From the NCBI RefSeq assembly GCF_001194135.2, contig NC_068983.1:73391922-73455921 (forward strand): a stretch of DNA of 64,000 nucleotides. Direction: 5' to 3'. The notes beneath the pieces are model-generated. The model was not told the origin of the DNA. It searched no databases and was given only the letters and a program-made list of their open reading frames with translations. Position numbers and translations under genes: made by a program. Positions 1 to 12,429 of this stretch are shown in pieces (the first letter of the stretch is position 1; every line of letters begins with the position of its first letter). Origin of the DNA: Octopus bimaculoides. Taxonomy: Eukaryota.

Positions 1-108
1 CCTCTCTCTCCCTATCGCCCCTCTCTCTCCCTATCGCCCCTCTCTCTCCCTATCGCCCCTCTCTCTCCCTATCGCCCCTCTCTCTCTCCCTATCCCCCCT
101 CTCTCTCA
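1..108. repeat. CT-rich minisatellite, ~20-bp unit (CCTCTCTCTCCCTATCGCCC) x5
   Basis: Tandem copies are directly visible from base 1. Confidence 0.85.
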
Positions 109-534
109 CACACACAGTCTACACAACCCAGTAGAGGTTGGCCGAAAATTTTCAGGTTCATATTACCTCTAGCATTCGGTCTCCCAGCTCTTCTGATTTA
201 ACCCCATCCTGAACTACTATATCTAGGGCGTCGTTAAGAGAGAGACCAGCAAGCATGCTCACAAGTCCAATGACTCGTTGATGCCTGCAATAGAGGCCAT
301 TGTGGCCATCATAAATAATCATCACCTACTCAACATATTTAGTCGAGACAGTAATTGAGGCTTATGACGATTTCATTGAATAAACTTTTGCTATAAGTAC
401 GTAAAAATATGTGAACCAAATTCCTTTAAAATGTAGTGGCTTTTCTAATTAATATTTTCGTTTTTCTTAAATTCAAAATGTTGTTCTCATATAGTTGACG
501 TTATGTACGTCTCTCTTGTTTTTACCTAGCTAAA

Positions 535-690
535 TTCTCCCTCCGAGGAAGGAGCTGGTTTCTAACAAAGATAATAAGCTCCACCTTTCGAATGTAGATA
601 ACGAAAACAATGTCGCATATTAAACCTGAGAAAAGTTCTGCATAGTATTACTGCTCCGCTTACAGATTGTATTTGTAATGTACGAAACAG
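535..690 (+). repeat. Dispersed repeat copy (GGAGCTGGTTTCTAACAA...GCTCC...CCGCTTACAGATTGTATTTGTAAT family)
   Basis: Aligns by eye with 37645-37790; partial relative at about 61716-61790. Confidence 0.7.
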
Positions 691-700
691 TTGATTGATT

Positions 701-850
701 TATGTATGTATGCATACATGTATGTATGTATGTATGTATGTATGTATGTATGTATGTATGTATGTATGTATGCATGTATGCATGTATATATGCATAGATG
801 TATGTATGTATGTATGTATGTATGTATGTATGTGTGTGTGTATATATGCA
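701..850. repeat. (TATG)n microsatellite, representative of many (TATG)n/(TA)n/(CA)n tracts in the window
   Basis: Direct reading. Similar tracts occur at 7900-7960, 8950-9020, 36250-36520, 37385-37545, 38058-38180 and 54225-54600. Confidence 0.95.
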
Positions 851-888
851 TGTATACATACAGTATGTGTGTGCCTCTGTGTGTGTGA

Positions 889-1187
889 AAGCGCGTGACC
901 TAATGGTTAGGATGTTGCACTCATGACCGCTAGATTGTGGTTTCGATTCCCAGATCGAGCGTTGCGCTGTGTTCTGGACCAAAAATACTTTCATGTCGTT
1001 CCGCGATCGCTTCGACCATCTGAGATGTGGCAAATCGCGCACCTATACAGGTAATATCGAGTTGATGAAGTGAGTGAGCTGATGCACTGCATGAAACTTT
1101 GATCACTATTAACAAAATCATCTGTGCAGGCTGTTCAGCCAGAAGATGCATCCCCATCATCTGTCGTTTACGCCAAGAGAGTTCACT
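889..1187 (+). mobile_element. tRNA-derived SINE, family C (GGCGCGTGGCCTAGTGGTTAGG head), degenerate
   Basis: A-box-like TGACCTAATGGTTAGG and B-box-like GGTTTCGATTCCC; head shared with 14466-14831 and 35682-35965. Confidence 0.7.
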
Positions 1188-2669
1188 ATATATATATANN
1201 NNNNNNNNNNNNNNNNNNNNNNNNNNNNNNNNNNNNNNNNNNNNNNNNNNNNNNNNNNNNNNNNNNNNNNNNNNNNNNNNNNNNNNNNNNNNNNNNNNNN
1301 NNNNNNNNNNNNNNNNNNNNNNNNNNNNNNNNNNNNNNNNNNNNNNNNNNNNNNNNNNNNNNNNNNNNNNNNNNNNNNNNNNNNNNNNNNNNNNNNNNNN
1401 NNNNNNNNNNNNNNNNNNNNNNNNNNNNNNNNNNNNNNNNNNNNNNNNNNNNNNNNNNNNNNNNNNNNNNNNNNNNNNNNNNNNNNNNNNNNNNNNNNNN
1501 NNNNNNNNNNNNNNNNNNNNNNNNNNNNNNNNNNNNNNNNNNNNNNNNNNNNNNNNNNNNNNNNNNNNNNNNNNNNNNNNNNNNNNNNNNNNNNNNNNNN
1601 NNNNNNNNNNNNNNNNNNNNNNNNNNNNNNNNNNNNNNNNNNNNNNNNNNNNNNNNNNNNNNNNNNNNNNNNNNNNNNNNNNNNNNNNNNNNNNNNNNNN
1701 NNNNNNNNNNNNNNNNNNNNNNNNNNNNNNNNNNNNNNNNNNNNNNNNNNNNNNNNNNNNNNNNNNNNNNNNNNNNNNNNNNNNNNNNNNNNNNNNNNNN
1801 NNNNNNNNNNNNNNNNNNNNNNNNNNNNNNNNNNNNNNNNNNNNNNNNNNNNNNNNNNNNNNNNNNNNNNNNNNNNNNNNNNNNNNNNNNNNNNNNNNNN
1901 NNNNNNNNNNNNNNNNNNNNNNNNNNNNNNNNNNNNNNNNNNNNNNNNNNNNNNNNNNNNNNNNNNNNNNNNNNNNNNNNNNNNNNNNNNNNNNNNNNNN
2001 NNNNNNNNNNNNNNNNNNNNNNNNNNNNNNNNNNNNNNNNNNNNNTATATATATATGCACACACACATACACACACTCACGCACACATACATACACATGC
2101 ACATACTTATAATCCGAATACGGTTGAAGAGAATGGGGATAAAAATACATTTATGATAAAGCGAGTGACAACTACTGCTGTTCTACGCAAGCAACGTAAT
2201 CCAGAAAAGTTCATAGATAAAAATAAAGGTACAACATTTTGGACATAAGTTCTAGAGAGTGAAAGAAAAAAAATATTGATACAAAGGTCAATATGTCGGA
2301 CATTAAGAAGCACCGACAAGGCCTGTATACAAGGATCCAAGACATTAGATCTTTCACTACTTAATGCAAAAGAAAAAAAAAATTCAGAAATTTGTACTAT
2401 TTTTCCTTTCCATGTACGAATTTTTATGGGACACATGTTGTTATCAGAAAACTGAGAACAGCAATAGCAAAACTGTTGTCTACAAGTCTGAGAGACTTTC
2501 GGTATTCTCTGATGAGAAACAGCAGTGTTACAGAAACCTGCTATGCTGTATATTCTTCTTTATAGAATCTTTTGCAAAAGTTTTTAAGAATTACAGAGAA
2601 CTGTTAGTAAATCTCTCGACATGACTAACACATAATTAACACTGTTATGATAAATAGTGCTGATATTAA

Positions 2670-3275
2670 TTATTGTGATGTTGAAGAGGAGTGATGGTTG
2701 GAATGATAGTGTTGTTGGTGGTGGTGTTGATGGTGGTGGTGGTGGTTGTGGTGGCGGTGCTGGTGTTGATGGTGGTGATGGTGGTTGTGGCGGTGGTGGT
2801 GGTGAGGAATATGGCGATAATCACAAATCTTTTAAGAAAAATTAGAAACTTCATGTATCTAAGGTAACTAAAAGAAAAAAAATACATAAATTTTTTTTTT
2901 TTAATGTAGAAGAAAAGAAAAATACTTCGAAACGACGCGATCATTGAAAATTCCTTATCGTCTGTTCCGACACATAACCATAATAATAATGATGGTGATG
3001 ATGATGATGATGATGATGAGGATGATGACGACTACGCTGACGACGATGATGATGATGAAAAAAAATAATAACAACAACATTACAAATAACAACAATGATA
3101 ATGACAGCAACATCAGCAGCAAAATAGCGACAGCAGCACTAGCAACCAGCAGCGGCGGCAGCGGCGGTGGCAGCAGCGGTGGCAGCAGCAGCAGTAGTAG
3201 TAGTTGTAGTAGTAGTAGTAGTAGTAGTAGCAGCAGCAGCTGCAGTAGCAGTAGCAGCAACAGCAGAAGTAGTAT

Positions 3276-3306
<31 letters not shown>

Positions 3307-3430
3307 AGAATCATCATCATCATCATCCTCATCATCATCAGTAATAGTAGTAGCAGCAGCAGTATCATCATCATCATCATCATCAGCAACAGCAGCAGCA
3401 GCAGCAGTAGCAGCAACAGTAGTAGTGGTG
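2670..3430. repeat. Compound trinucleotide mosaic (GGT, GAT, AAC, CAG, TAG, CAT runs)
   Basis: Direct reading. It produces the poly-G/M/S/I ORFs seen in both orientations. Confidence 0.9.
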
Positions 3431-3524
3431 GTAATTTTTTCGTCCTATTTTATCATTAGCGGAAGTTATGGTGACGACTATTCTAAATAATTTGTTTTTA
3501 TTTTATTCTTTGTTATGCTTTTCC

Positions 3525-3564
<40 letters not shown>

Positions 3565-5726
3565 NNNNNNNNNNNNNNNNNNNNNNNNNNNNNNNNNNNN
3601 NNNNNNNNNNNNNNNNNNNNNNNNNNNNNNNNNNNNNNNNNNNNNNNNNNNNNNNNNNNNNNNNNNNNNNNNNNNNNNNNNNNNNNNNNNNNNNNNNNNN
3701 NNNNNNNNNNNNNNNNNNNNNNNNNNNNNNNNNNNNNNNNNNNNNNNNNNNNNNNNNNNNNNNNNNNNNNNNNNNNNNNNNNNNNNNNNNNNNNNNNNNN
3801 NNNNNNNNNNNNNNNNNNNNNNNNNNNNNNNNNNNNNNNNNNNNNNNNNNNNNNNNNNNNNNNNNNNNNNNNNNNNNNNNNNNNNNNNNNNNNNNNNNNN
3901 NNNNNNNNNNNNNNNNNNNNNNNNNNNNNNNNNNNNNNNNNNNNNNNNNNNNNNNNNNNNNNNNNNNNNNNNNNNNNNNNNNNNNNNNNNNNNNNNNNNN
4001 NNNNNNNNNNNNNNNNNNNNNNNNNNNNNNNNNNNNNNNNNNNNNNNNNNNNNNNNNNNNNNNNNNNNNNNNNNNNNNNNNNNNNNNNNNNNNNNNNNNN
4101 NNNNNNNNNNNNNNNNNNNNNNNNNNNNNNNNNNNNNNNNNNNNNNNNNNNNNNNNNNNNNNNNNNNNNNNNNNNNNNNNNNNNNNNNNNNNNNNNNNNN
4201 NNNNNNNATATATATATTTATACACACATATACACACACACATATGTAATATATACATATATAATGAAAAAAATGAAAGAACCGCTTGGTTATGGAAAAT
4301 ATTTTAAGATGGTTCGTTGCTCATGATATCTTCGAAACCTAAACAACGATGAATCGCGCGTACACACGCACGCACGCACACTTACACACAAAACGTGTGT
4401 ACGTGTGTGAATGCGTGTATAAATGTATAAAAATAAGGAGCAACTGTCCTGTGAAGTATGTCATGTTGAAAACATGACTATAACTCTGTTAAAAACAAAA
4501 CAAAAAAAAAATACGGTAAGCTTTTTTTTGTGTCAACAAATATTATGTTATAAATATATCGTTCTTTTAGTGGTTGCAAGTATTACGATAATCATTTCTT
4601 CATAATATTTGGTGGGATCAAAGATTTGTGTTTGAAATTAAAGAATTATAAGGAAAAAGAAGCAATGTATAGAATTTACATGTTAATTTGTTTTTTGTTT
4701 ACTTACTATGAAGTTAGAATTTCCAGTCTTTGCTAAACATGTATAGAACTATTTCATTCTTTTTAGAAATAGTCAGTATAACATAACCTGTGACTATAAA
4801 CTGTACAAAATTATAGTGTAAAACTTCTATATTTTAACACGTAATTTTAAAGGCCAAATATATCTTACTGTTCTCTCTTTCTTTTATTCCTTCCTTTCTT
4901 TCTTCATTCCTTCCTTTCTTTATTTCTTTCTTCACTTCTTTTCTTCATTTCTTTCGTCATTCCTTCTTTTCTTCCTTCCATCCTTCCTTGATATCAAGTA
5001 CCATGTGCGAATATGCTGCCGTTTTCGTTGTCAGCGCTTTACTGTCATGCGCAGCCTCCGTCACTACTCTGATTAAAATGATATCAAAATGGATTCTAAA
5101 ATCTTCGTATCAACTTCATGTCTAAAGATTACGGAGTATTATTAGCTCGACGCCCGTCACTTCCTTAACAGTAAAAAGGCAAAATTTAAAAACTAAAAAG
5201 GTAGTATTTCTCATCTCTCTGTCATTTCTAGATGGGACGTCCAACTAGCCAGACATCATTTCTCTCGCCTCGCGATATCTGTTTTCTCTTCTATTTATTC
5301 TATATCCTTTCAAAATTTCTTTCAGGCATTACCCATTACAATTCGTCTTAGCCTAACGTCGATCGTTTCCGTACGTCCACTTTGGCGTCGTTTGTTCGTT
5401 CGAAGCCCTAACTCTCCACAAGTTTTATATTTTAAACATTTCTGGATGCTGCTGTCTTCCTGTCTTGTCGTTAAAAGCAAAAGACAAGTAATAATTAACA
5501 GTCGACAACTGGGGAGGAGTTAGACATCTTTCGGCATTTTGTCTCTTAATTGTCTCTCGTTGTGTATTTACGTATTATTCGCTCGTTGGTGATGTCCTGT
5601 ACATAATGGGTATTTTTCATTTTTATTATATATATATACATATATATATGTATGTATGTATGTATGTATATATATACACACACACACACACACACATACA
5701 CACACACACACACACACACATATATA

Positions 5727-6123
5727 GGCGCAGGAGTGGCTGTGTGGTAAGTAGCTTGCTTACCAACCACATGGTTCCGGGTTCAATCCCACTGCGTGGC
5801 ACCTTGGGCAAGTGTCTTCTACTATAGCCTCGGGCCGACCAAAGCCTTGTGAGTGGATTTGGTAGACGGAAACTGAAAGAAGCCCGTCGTATATATGTAT
5901 ATGTTTATATATGTATGTGTGTCTGTGTTTGTCTCCCCCCCCCTCACCATCGCTTGACAACCGATGGTGGTGTGTTTACATCCCCGTAACTTAGCGGTTC
6001 GGCAAAAAGAGACCGATAGAATAAGTACTAGGCTTACAAAGAATAAGTCCTGGGGTCGATTTGCTCGACTAAAGGCGGTGCTCCAGCATGGCCGCAGTCA
6101 AATGACTGAAACAAGTAAAAGAG
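5727..6123 (+). mobile_element. tRNA-derived SINE, family A (octopus OK/OR-like), full length
   Basis: Head GGCGCAGGAGTGGCTGTGTGGTAAG...GGTTCAATCCC, CORE-like CCTTGGGCAAGTG, internal (TA/TG)n, tail ...GACTGAAACAAGTAAAAGAG; about 10 copies in the window. Confidence 0.85.
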
Positions 6124-6238
6124 TATATATATATATAGATACTCAACATGTTTCGCATCTACAAACTCATTACAGTCTACTATTAGGATTAAGCAATTTA
6201 TAATCGAACGATCTTGAAAATCTTTAAGTAATGTAATT

Positions 6239-6373
6239 CTTGCTTCCCAACCACATGGTTCCGGGTTGAGTCTCACAGCGTGGCACCTTGGGCAAGTATC
6301 TTCTACTATAGCCTCGGGCCGACCAAAGCCTTGTGAGTAGATTTGGTAGACGGAAGCTGAAAGAAGCCCGTCG
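6239..6373 (+). mobile_element. SINE family A, partial
   Basis: Matches 5755-5890. Confidence 0.85.
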
Positions 6374-7717
6374 TATATATATGGGTGTTTCTGTGTGTGT
6401 TTGCGAGTATGCGTGAGTATGTGTTAGTACGTGAGTGAGTGAGTGTGTGTGTGTGTGTGTGTGTGTGNNNNNNNNNNNNNNNNNNNNNNNNNNNNNNNNN
6501 NNNNNNNNNNNNNNNNNNNNNNNNNNNNNNNNNNNNNNNNNNNNNNNNNNNNNNNNNNNNNNNNNNNNNNNNNNNNNNNNNNNNNNNNNNNNNNNNNNNN
6601 NNNNNNNNNNNNNNNNNNNNNNNNNNNNNNNNNNNNNNNNNNNNNNNNNNNNNNNNNNNNNNNNNNNNNNNNNNNNNNNNNNNNNNNNNNNNNNNNNNNN
6701 NNNNNNNNNNNNNNNNNNNNNNNNNNNNNNNNNNNNNNNNNNNNNNNNNNNNNNNNNNNNNNNNNNNNNNNNNNNNNNNNNNNNNNNNNNNNNNNNNACC
6801 AGATTATATTAATTTTATCCTACATTATAACCTATTCGATATTTCACTTATATATTTGGACTAGTAACCTTTAATTTAATATTTTTGTTGTTGATATCAA
6901 ACTTTATATTTTGTAAACTCTGTATCTATAAATATATGAACTTCCTTTCTTTATACCAAAACTATCTAATAACTATTTCTTGAAACCTTGATGGATCCCC
7001 CTTCTCACCTTGGAAGAATGTTTTATTGTCTTGTGTTGATTTTGTTCTCATTGACTTCCATACTTTCTATGGATTTTAAAAAATAATTGCTTATTCCTTC
7101 AAACTTCTAATTTAAAAAAATTTATATTGTTCATATTTTCTTGTCGATATAAATCCCTATATTTTAATAAACATTGTCTCTGAATACTTTGATTTAGTTT
7201 TAGTTTGTTATTATCATCATTATCATCATCATCGTCATCATCATCATCATCATCATCATTATATTTATTCTCTATGTTTACGATCTTTTATTTTCTAAAT
7301 TTTTAGTAATAAATATGCTTCTTTTCTTTTATTTCACTAACAATATCTACTAGTTATTTTTAAAATTATATTACTAAAATTCCCTGCCATCTATTAGAGA
7401 ATCCTCTTATTAATTGATATCAATTTTATCATTATTGTCTTCCTTAATATTTTAAAATCTTGACCTTGCGTTCATATGTCACGTCGAGAATTTAGTATCT
7501 AACAAAGATTTTATTTCTCCTGAGGACGTAGCTTAAATTCTGCATTATTTTGAAGGATCTTCGTATTTTGCCTTAATGCAGGCATGAGTAGTTTATTTAT
7601 TATTGAATATAATAATATAAATTATTTATATGTTTTTAAGCTACGAAACAATTTCTTGTGATATTAAAATTTTCTTAAATAAATTTCATCAAACTATTTC
7701 TCTGTCATTTATGTATC

Positions 7718-7762
7718 ACAGTCTGATGGAGTCTAAGCAGGTCGAAACTTCGAAGTCTCTGT
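7718..7762 (+). ncRNA. Type I hammerhead ribozyme-like motif (core variant CTGATGGA)
   Basis: ACAGT-CTGATGGA-stem II-GAA-ACTTCGAAGT (palindromic stem III)-C-TCTGT; homologous to 22560-22604. Confidence 0.6.
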
Positions 7763-7909
7763 CAACACTATTCTTGTTAAAGAATAATAAATATGTTCTC
7801 TTCAACATGTATTGAGTAAGTCCTTCAATTTAATGTAAAAATGTTTTTATAACTCGACAAAAAAAAACATTAATACATACAGATATGCATGCATATATAC
7901 ACACACACA

Positions 7910-7943
<34 letters not shown>

Positions 7944-8684
7944 CATACAAATATGCATACATACATTCATACGCACAGACAAATGTTTGCTTGTGTGTGT
8001 GTGTGTGTGTGTGCACGTATGTGCATGTGTATACATATATGTATGTAAATTGTTAAATGTTGCATTTAGAATTTAGGGCCAGAATAAAGAATCTATCAGT
8101 AATATTGTTATTGCTGAGTGCAAATGTAATCAATCATTTGTTTCGTAGCTTGTTATTTTATGATGATGAAAGCGGTGTTAATTGAATAATTCACATAATC
8201 TGTTTATAATGAGCAATCGGTTACTGATGCAGGACTTTTCACGCATTCACATAGTTTGGTTAGTTGCTATTATAATTATCGCCTGTTGTTTATAGAGAAA
8301 TGTAAAGAGAGTGCATTTATTAAAAAAGGGCTGTGGAGTGTATGATTAACTCAATCGTTAGCGTGTTGCATATTATTCTTTCTAGTGTTCGTTGTTCCCA
8401 ATATTTATGCTTACAGTTGAAATCGAAATCGCTCCTTTCAAAGTTTTATAGTCATTTACCTATGTTAGAAATCATTATCACCTGTTGAAAAAGGTCGCGC
8501 TCAAAACAAAATTCATGCGTTTTCTGATTAAGGAATAAAACTTGAAGTTTGTCTGACAATAAATGACCGTAAAGAAAATCTCTCTCTGATTCCGTTTCTC
8601 TCCTTCATCCATCCATCCGGCCATCCACTCTACATACATACATACGTACATACATACATAAAAATAATAATAATCACAGCACAT

Positions 8685-8750
8685 ACCCAAGGCACACAGA
8701 GCTGCGCTCGGTAGTGAAGTGAAAGCACGTTATTAAAATAAAACTACTGG

Positions 8751-8812
<62 letters not shown>
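8685..8812 (+). mobile_element. Extremely 5'-truncated R4/Dong-like LINE 3' end with (TAA)n tail
   Basis: GCGCTCGGTAGTGAAGTGAAAGCACGTTATTAAAATAAAAC resembles the 3' UTR end of the R4-like element at 17590-17650 (reverse complement) and is followed by a long (TAA)n. Confidence 0.5.
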
Positions 8813-9416
8813 GGGTAAAATTAATTAATTAATTAATAATTTATAATTTTACCAAGTACGTTAAAATAACCTTTTTAGGTGAATTATACAAAATATTCTA
8901 TAATCATATACATAATTATAATTAGGGGGTCAGCTAATTGCTTCGCCATCTACATACATACATACATACATACATACATACATACATACATACATACATA
9001 CGTATATACATACATATATACAACATAATACATATATTTGTAAGAACGACCGTGCGAGCTCAAAAAGGAGAAATAGTGACGAATGGAAAAACAGGACTCC
9101 TTTTATTTAAAACGCGTCACACGGTCGAACACAAAATTATATATCAATGATGATATACAAATATGTTATACTACGATAACATAGATGGCCAGTAATGAAA
9201 AGACGATGTTGAACACGACCGTATAAGATGAATAACAGAGATATATATTGTAGCATTAATATGTATGTCTGTGTGTGAGTGTGAATGCGACATATAAAAA
9301 CATAATAAAAGACAGGCCGTCGTACAAAGAAAAGAGTGTGTGTGAGTGATACATGTATGTGTATGCGTTATATACAGCAGATAAAAAGAGAGTCAGTAAC
9401 ACGTGAGCATTTATAC

Positions 9417-9960
9417 CAGTTCTTGAGTACACAATAGGAAGAGTCTGTATGTGAAAGAAGTTGAGGCGTATGTGTGGCAGGGCGATCACTAGTTGTGATG
9501 TTGAGGCTTCCATGCCGGGCCGGGCTCTTGAGGACAGACGTTCGTCGCTGGCTGAATTCTCTTGTCTATTATTAATCGTGGTGAATATGAAACACCTAAC
9601 AGAATCGAAGAGAGAGAGAGATGTGCCGCGGTGGTTTGGATTGGTGTACATAGAGATCATGTTAATGATATTGGCGAATCTTGTCGTTCGTAGTTAAAGT
9701 CGTGTTGACTATGGTGGCGAATCTGGTGGCGAAGAGGCTGCTTGGTAGTAGTCGTAGAATCGTGTTGCTCATGGCGATGATGATGCTGGTTAGTAGTCGT
9801 AGACTCGTGTTGCTGATGGGGCGAAGCTGTTGATGTTGTCGCTGGAATTGCTGCTGCTGCTGTCGTGTGGTACACGGAACAGGTCTCTGAGAGATCTGAA
9901 CCGAGACGAATTTTGCCGCTGAATTAAAGCATTTTATAGTTGATAGTAGGCTCACAAGAC
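9417..9960 (-). other. Putative first exon (5' UTR +/- short coding part) of an unidentified minus-strand gene
   Basis: Unique, CpG-rich, contains CAG runs, lies directly downstream of a promoter-like motif cluster, and ends at a plausible donor CTG|GTATAA (9417/9416). The ATG frame from 9660 stays open to the donor. Product not recognised. Confidence 0.4.
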
Positions 9961-9969
9961 ATCAGAAAA

Positions 9970-10115
9970 ATACTCTATCACGTGACCTTATTAGGGGCCG
10001 TGATTGGTCAGTTTGCGTTCTGGCGGGAACGGTTCGAAGAAGTTGCCGCTTCAAATAATAATCAGTCACGTGATGACAAGGAATGTGTTTTCCGCTACGC
10101 CCGCGCTTGTTTATA
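9970..10115 (-). promoter_or_regulatory. Promoter-like module: two GTCACGTGAT E-boxes, CCAAT box, GC-rich motifs
   Basis: TCACGTGA at 9978-9985 and 10066-10073 (same 10-mer in opposite orientations), ATTGG at 10003-10007, GGCGGG and CGCCCGCG nearby; CpG retained. Confidence 0.6.
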
Positions 10116-10300
10116 TTTAAATGAGAAGATAGTTTGTATGTAATGGCGATAGGTAGCTTCACTACATATTCATACATACGTACATATATTCATATATGTA
10201 CAAATACATACATAATATACTGTCTATTTCTGTCTAACTCCCTCTCGCACTTTCCCTACGTGTGTCTGTGTGTATGTATGTATGAGTGTATATATGTGAA

Positions 10301-10332
<32 letters not shown>

Positions 10333-10907
10333 CGTGCATATGTAAGCTTATGTGCGTACAGACATGTATGAGTGTATGTACACATATATTATTATATGTC
10401 TGTGTATCTATCGTACCGATGAAATGAGGTGTATCACTGAAATATTAGATATTGTGTATTTTTAGAAGAAATCAGATTAAGTTTACAGTAGGAGGCCTTC
10501 TTCATAAGACTAATAAACATAAAATCTACATATATATGGTAATCGTATACATTCCATATATGTAAAATATACGTGGAACTTATATTATTATGTTTATAAA
10601 GGCATGTGTGCAGATGTGTGTACTTATTTTTATATGAGCGTGTCTATATGTGTATAAATATGTGTGTGTGTGTGTGTGTGCGCGTGTGTGTGTGTGCGTG
10701 TGTGTGTGCATGTATGTATTGTGAAACAGAAATTGGAAGAATTACTTCGGTTCAGTGATTGAACGCCTGTCATGATTACAAAAGATATGGGTTCGAATTC
10801 ATGGGCAGCTTTCGGCCTTTTCTATCCGGTGGGTTAGCCCAATATTTACGTGCTAATATTTAAAGCTTTATCTGCTTCGAGATTCACCGTTCCAAAAAAG
10901 GAAAAGG

Positions 10908-10960
<53 letters not shown>

Positions 10961-12187
10961 AATATGAGTGGCTTATTAGCAATTTAACAACCTAAAGGCA
11001 AATTTATAGACGTCGCTAAAGTGACAGAGGATACAGAGTGATACCGGCATTGCTAGAAATAAGAGTTAAAACGGCTCATTATCCACAAGAGCACTATCTT
11101 AATAAGTTGACAAAGCTCCCTACCAGTGGCGGCTCGTCTACAGGCAATGCAGAACTGCAGCACCCCCTCTTTCCATTCTATATTATTGATAACATTCAAT
11201 ATAATGAGTCCTTTTTTTTCTTTAATTCTTTCTTTATACTTGTACATTATATAATCCTTAAGCTTAATGTTAGTAGCCATCCTCTAGTTTATGAAAAAAA
11301 TACAAAAATCCTTGTATAGAACTNNNNNNNNNNNNNNNNNNNNNNNNNNNNNNNNNNNNNNNNNNNNNNNNNNNNNNNNNNNNNNNNNNNNNNNNNNNNN
11401 NNNNNNNNNNNNNNNNNNNNNNNNNNNNNNNNNNNNNNNNNNNNNNNNNNNNNNNNNNNNNNNNNNNNNNNNNNNNNNNNNNNNNNNNNNNNNNNNNNNN
11501 NNNNNNNNNNNNNNNNNNNNNNNNNNNNNNNNNNNNNNNNNNNNNNNNNNNNNNNNNNNNNNNNNNNNNNNNNNNNNNNNNNNNNNNNNNNNNNNNNNNN
11601 NNNNNNNNNNNNNNNNNNNNNNNNNNNNNNNNNNNNNNNNNNNNNNNNNNNNNNNNNNNNNNNNNNNNNNNNNNNNNNNNNNNNNNNNNNNNNNNNNNNN
11701 NNNNNNNNNNNNNNNNNNNNNNNNNNNNNNNNNNNNNNNNNNNNNNNNNNNNNNNNNNNNNNNNNNNNNNNNNNNNNNNNNNNNNNNNNNNNNNNNNNNN
11801 NNNNNNNNNNNNNNNNNNNNNNNNNNNNNNNNNNNNNNNNNNNNNNNNNNNNNNNNNNNNNNNNNNNNNNNNNNNNNNNNNNNNNNNNNNNNNNNNNNNN
11901 NNNNNNNNNNNNNNNNNNNNNNNNNNNNNNNNNNNNNNNNNNNNNNNNNNNNNNNNNNNNNNNNNNNNNNNNNNNNNNNNNNNNNNNNNNNNNNNNNNNN
12001 NNNNNNNNNNNNNNNNNNNNNNNNNNNNNNNNNNNNNNNNNNNNNNNNNNNNNNNNNNNNNNNNNNNNNNNNNNNNNNNNNNNNNNNNNNNNNNNNNNNN
12101 NNNNNNNNNNNNNNNNNNNNNNNNNNNNNNNNNNNNNNNNNNNNNNNNNNNNNNNNNNNNNNNNNNNNNNNNNNNNNNNNNNNNNNN

Positions 12188-12251
<64 letters not shown>

Positions 12252-12429
12252 GGGGAGACAAAGGCTGATAGATTGAAGAATCATTCTACATCCTGGAAAG
12301 GATGTAACGCAAATTTGATCTCGACGGGATTTGAACTACGAGTGTTGGAGTATGTGGGAAAATGCGTGTCCGCGCGCACGCATGTGTGTGTGTATGCATG
12401 TGTGTTTGTGTGTATATATACTTTCTTCA

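Noticed and set aside
2944-3490. Poly-Met/Asn/Ser/Ile ORFs as a low-complexity protein
   Set aside because: The trinucleotide mosaic is open in several frames and both strands, with no non-repetitive coding context or splice support.
9662-9955. ORF resembling a mitochondrial presequence (MSLLSTIKCFNSAAK...)
   Set aside because: It starts at GTG, not ATG, and terminates within the exon; better seen as leader sequence with a uORF.
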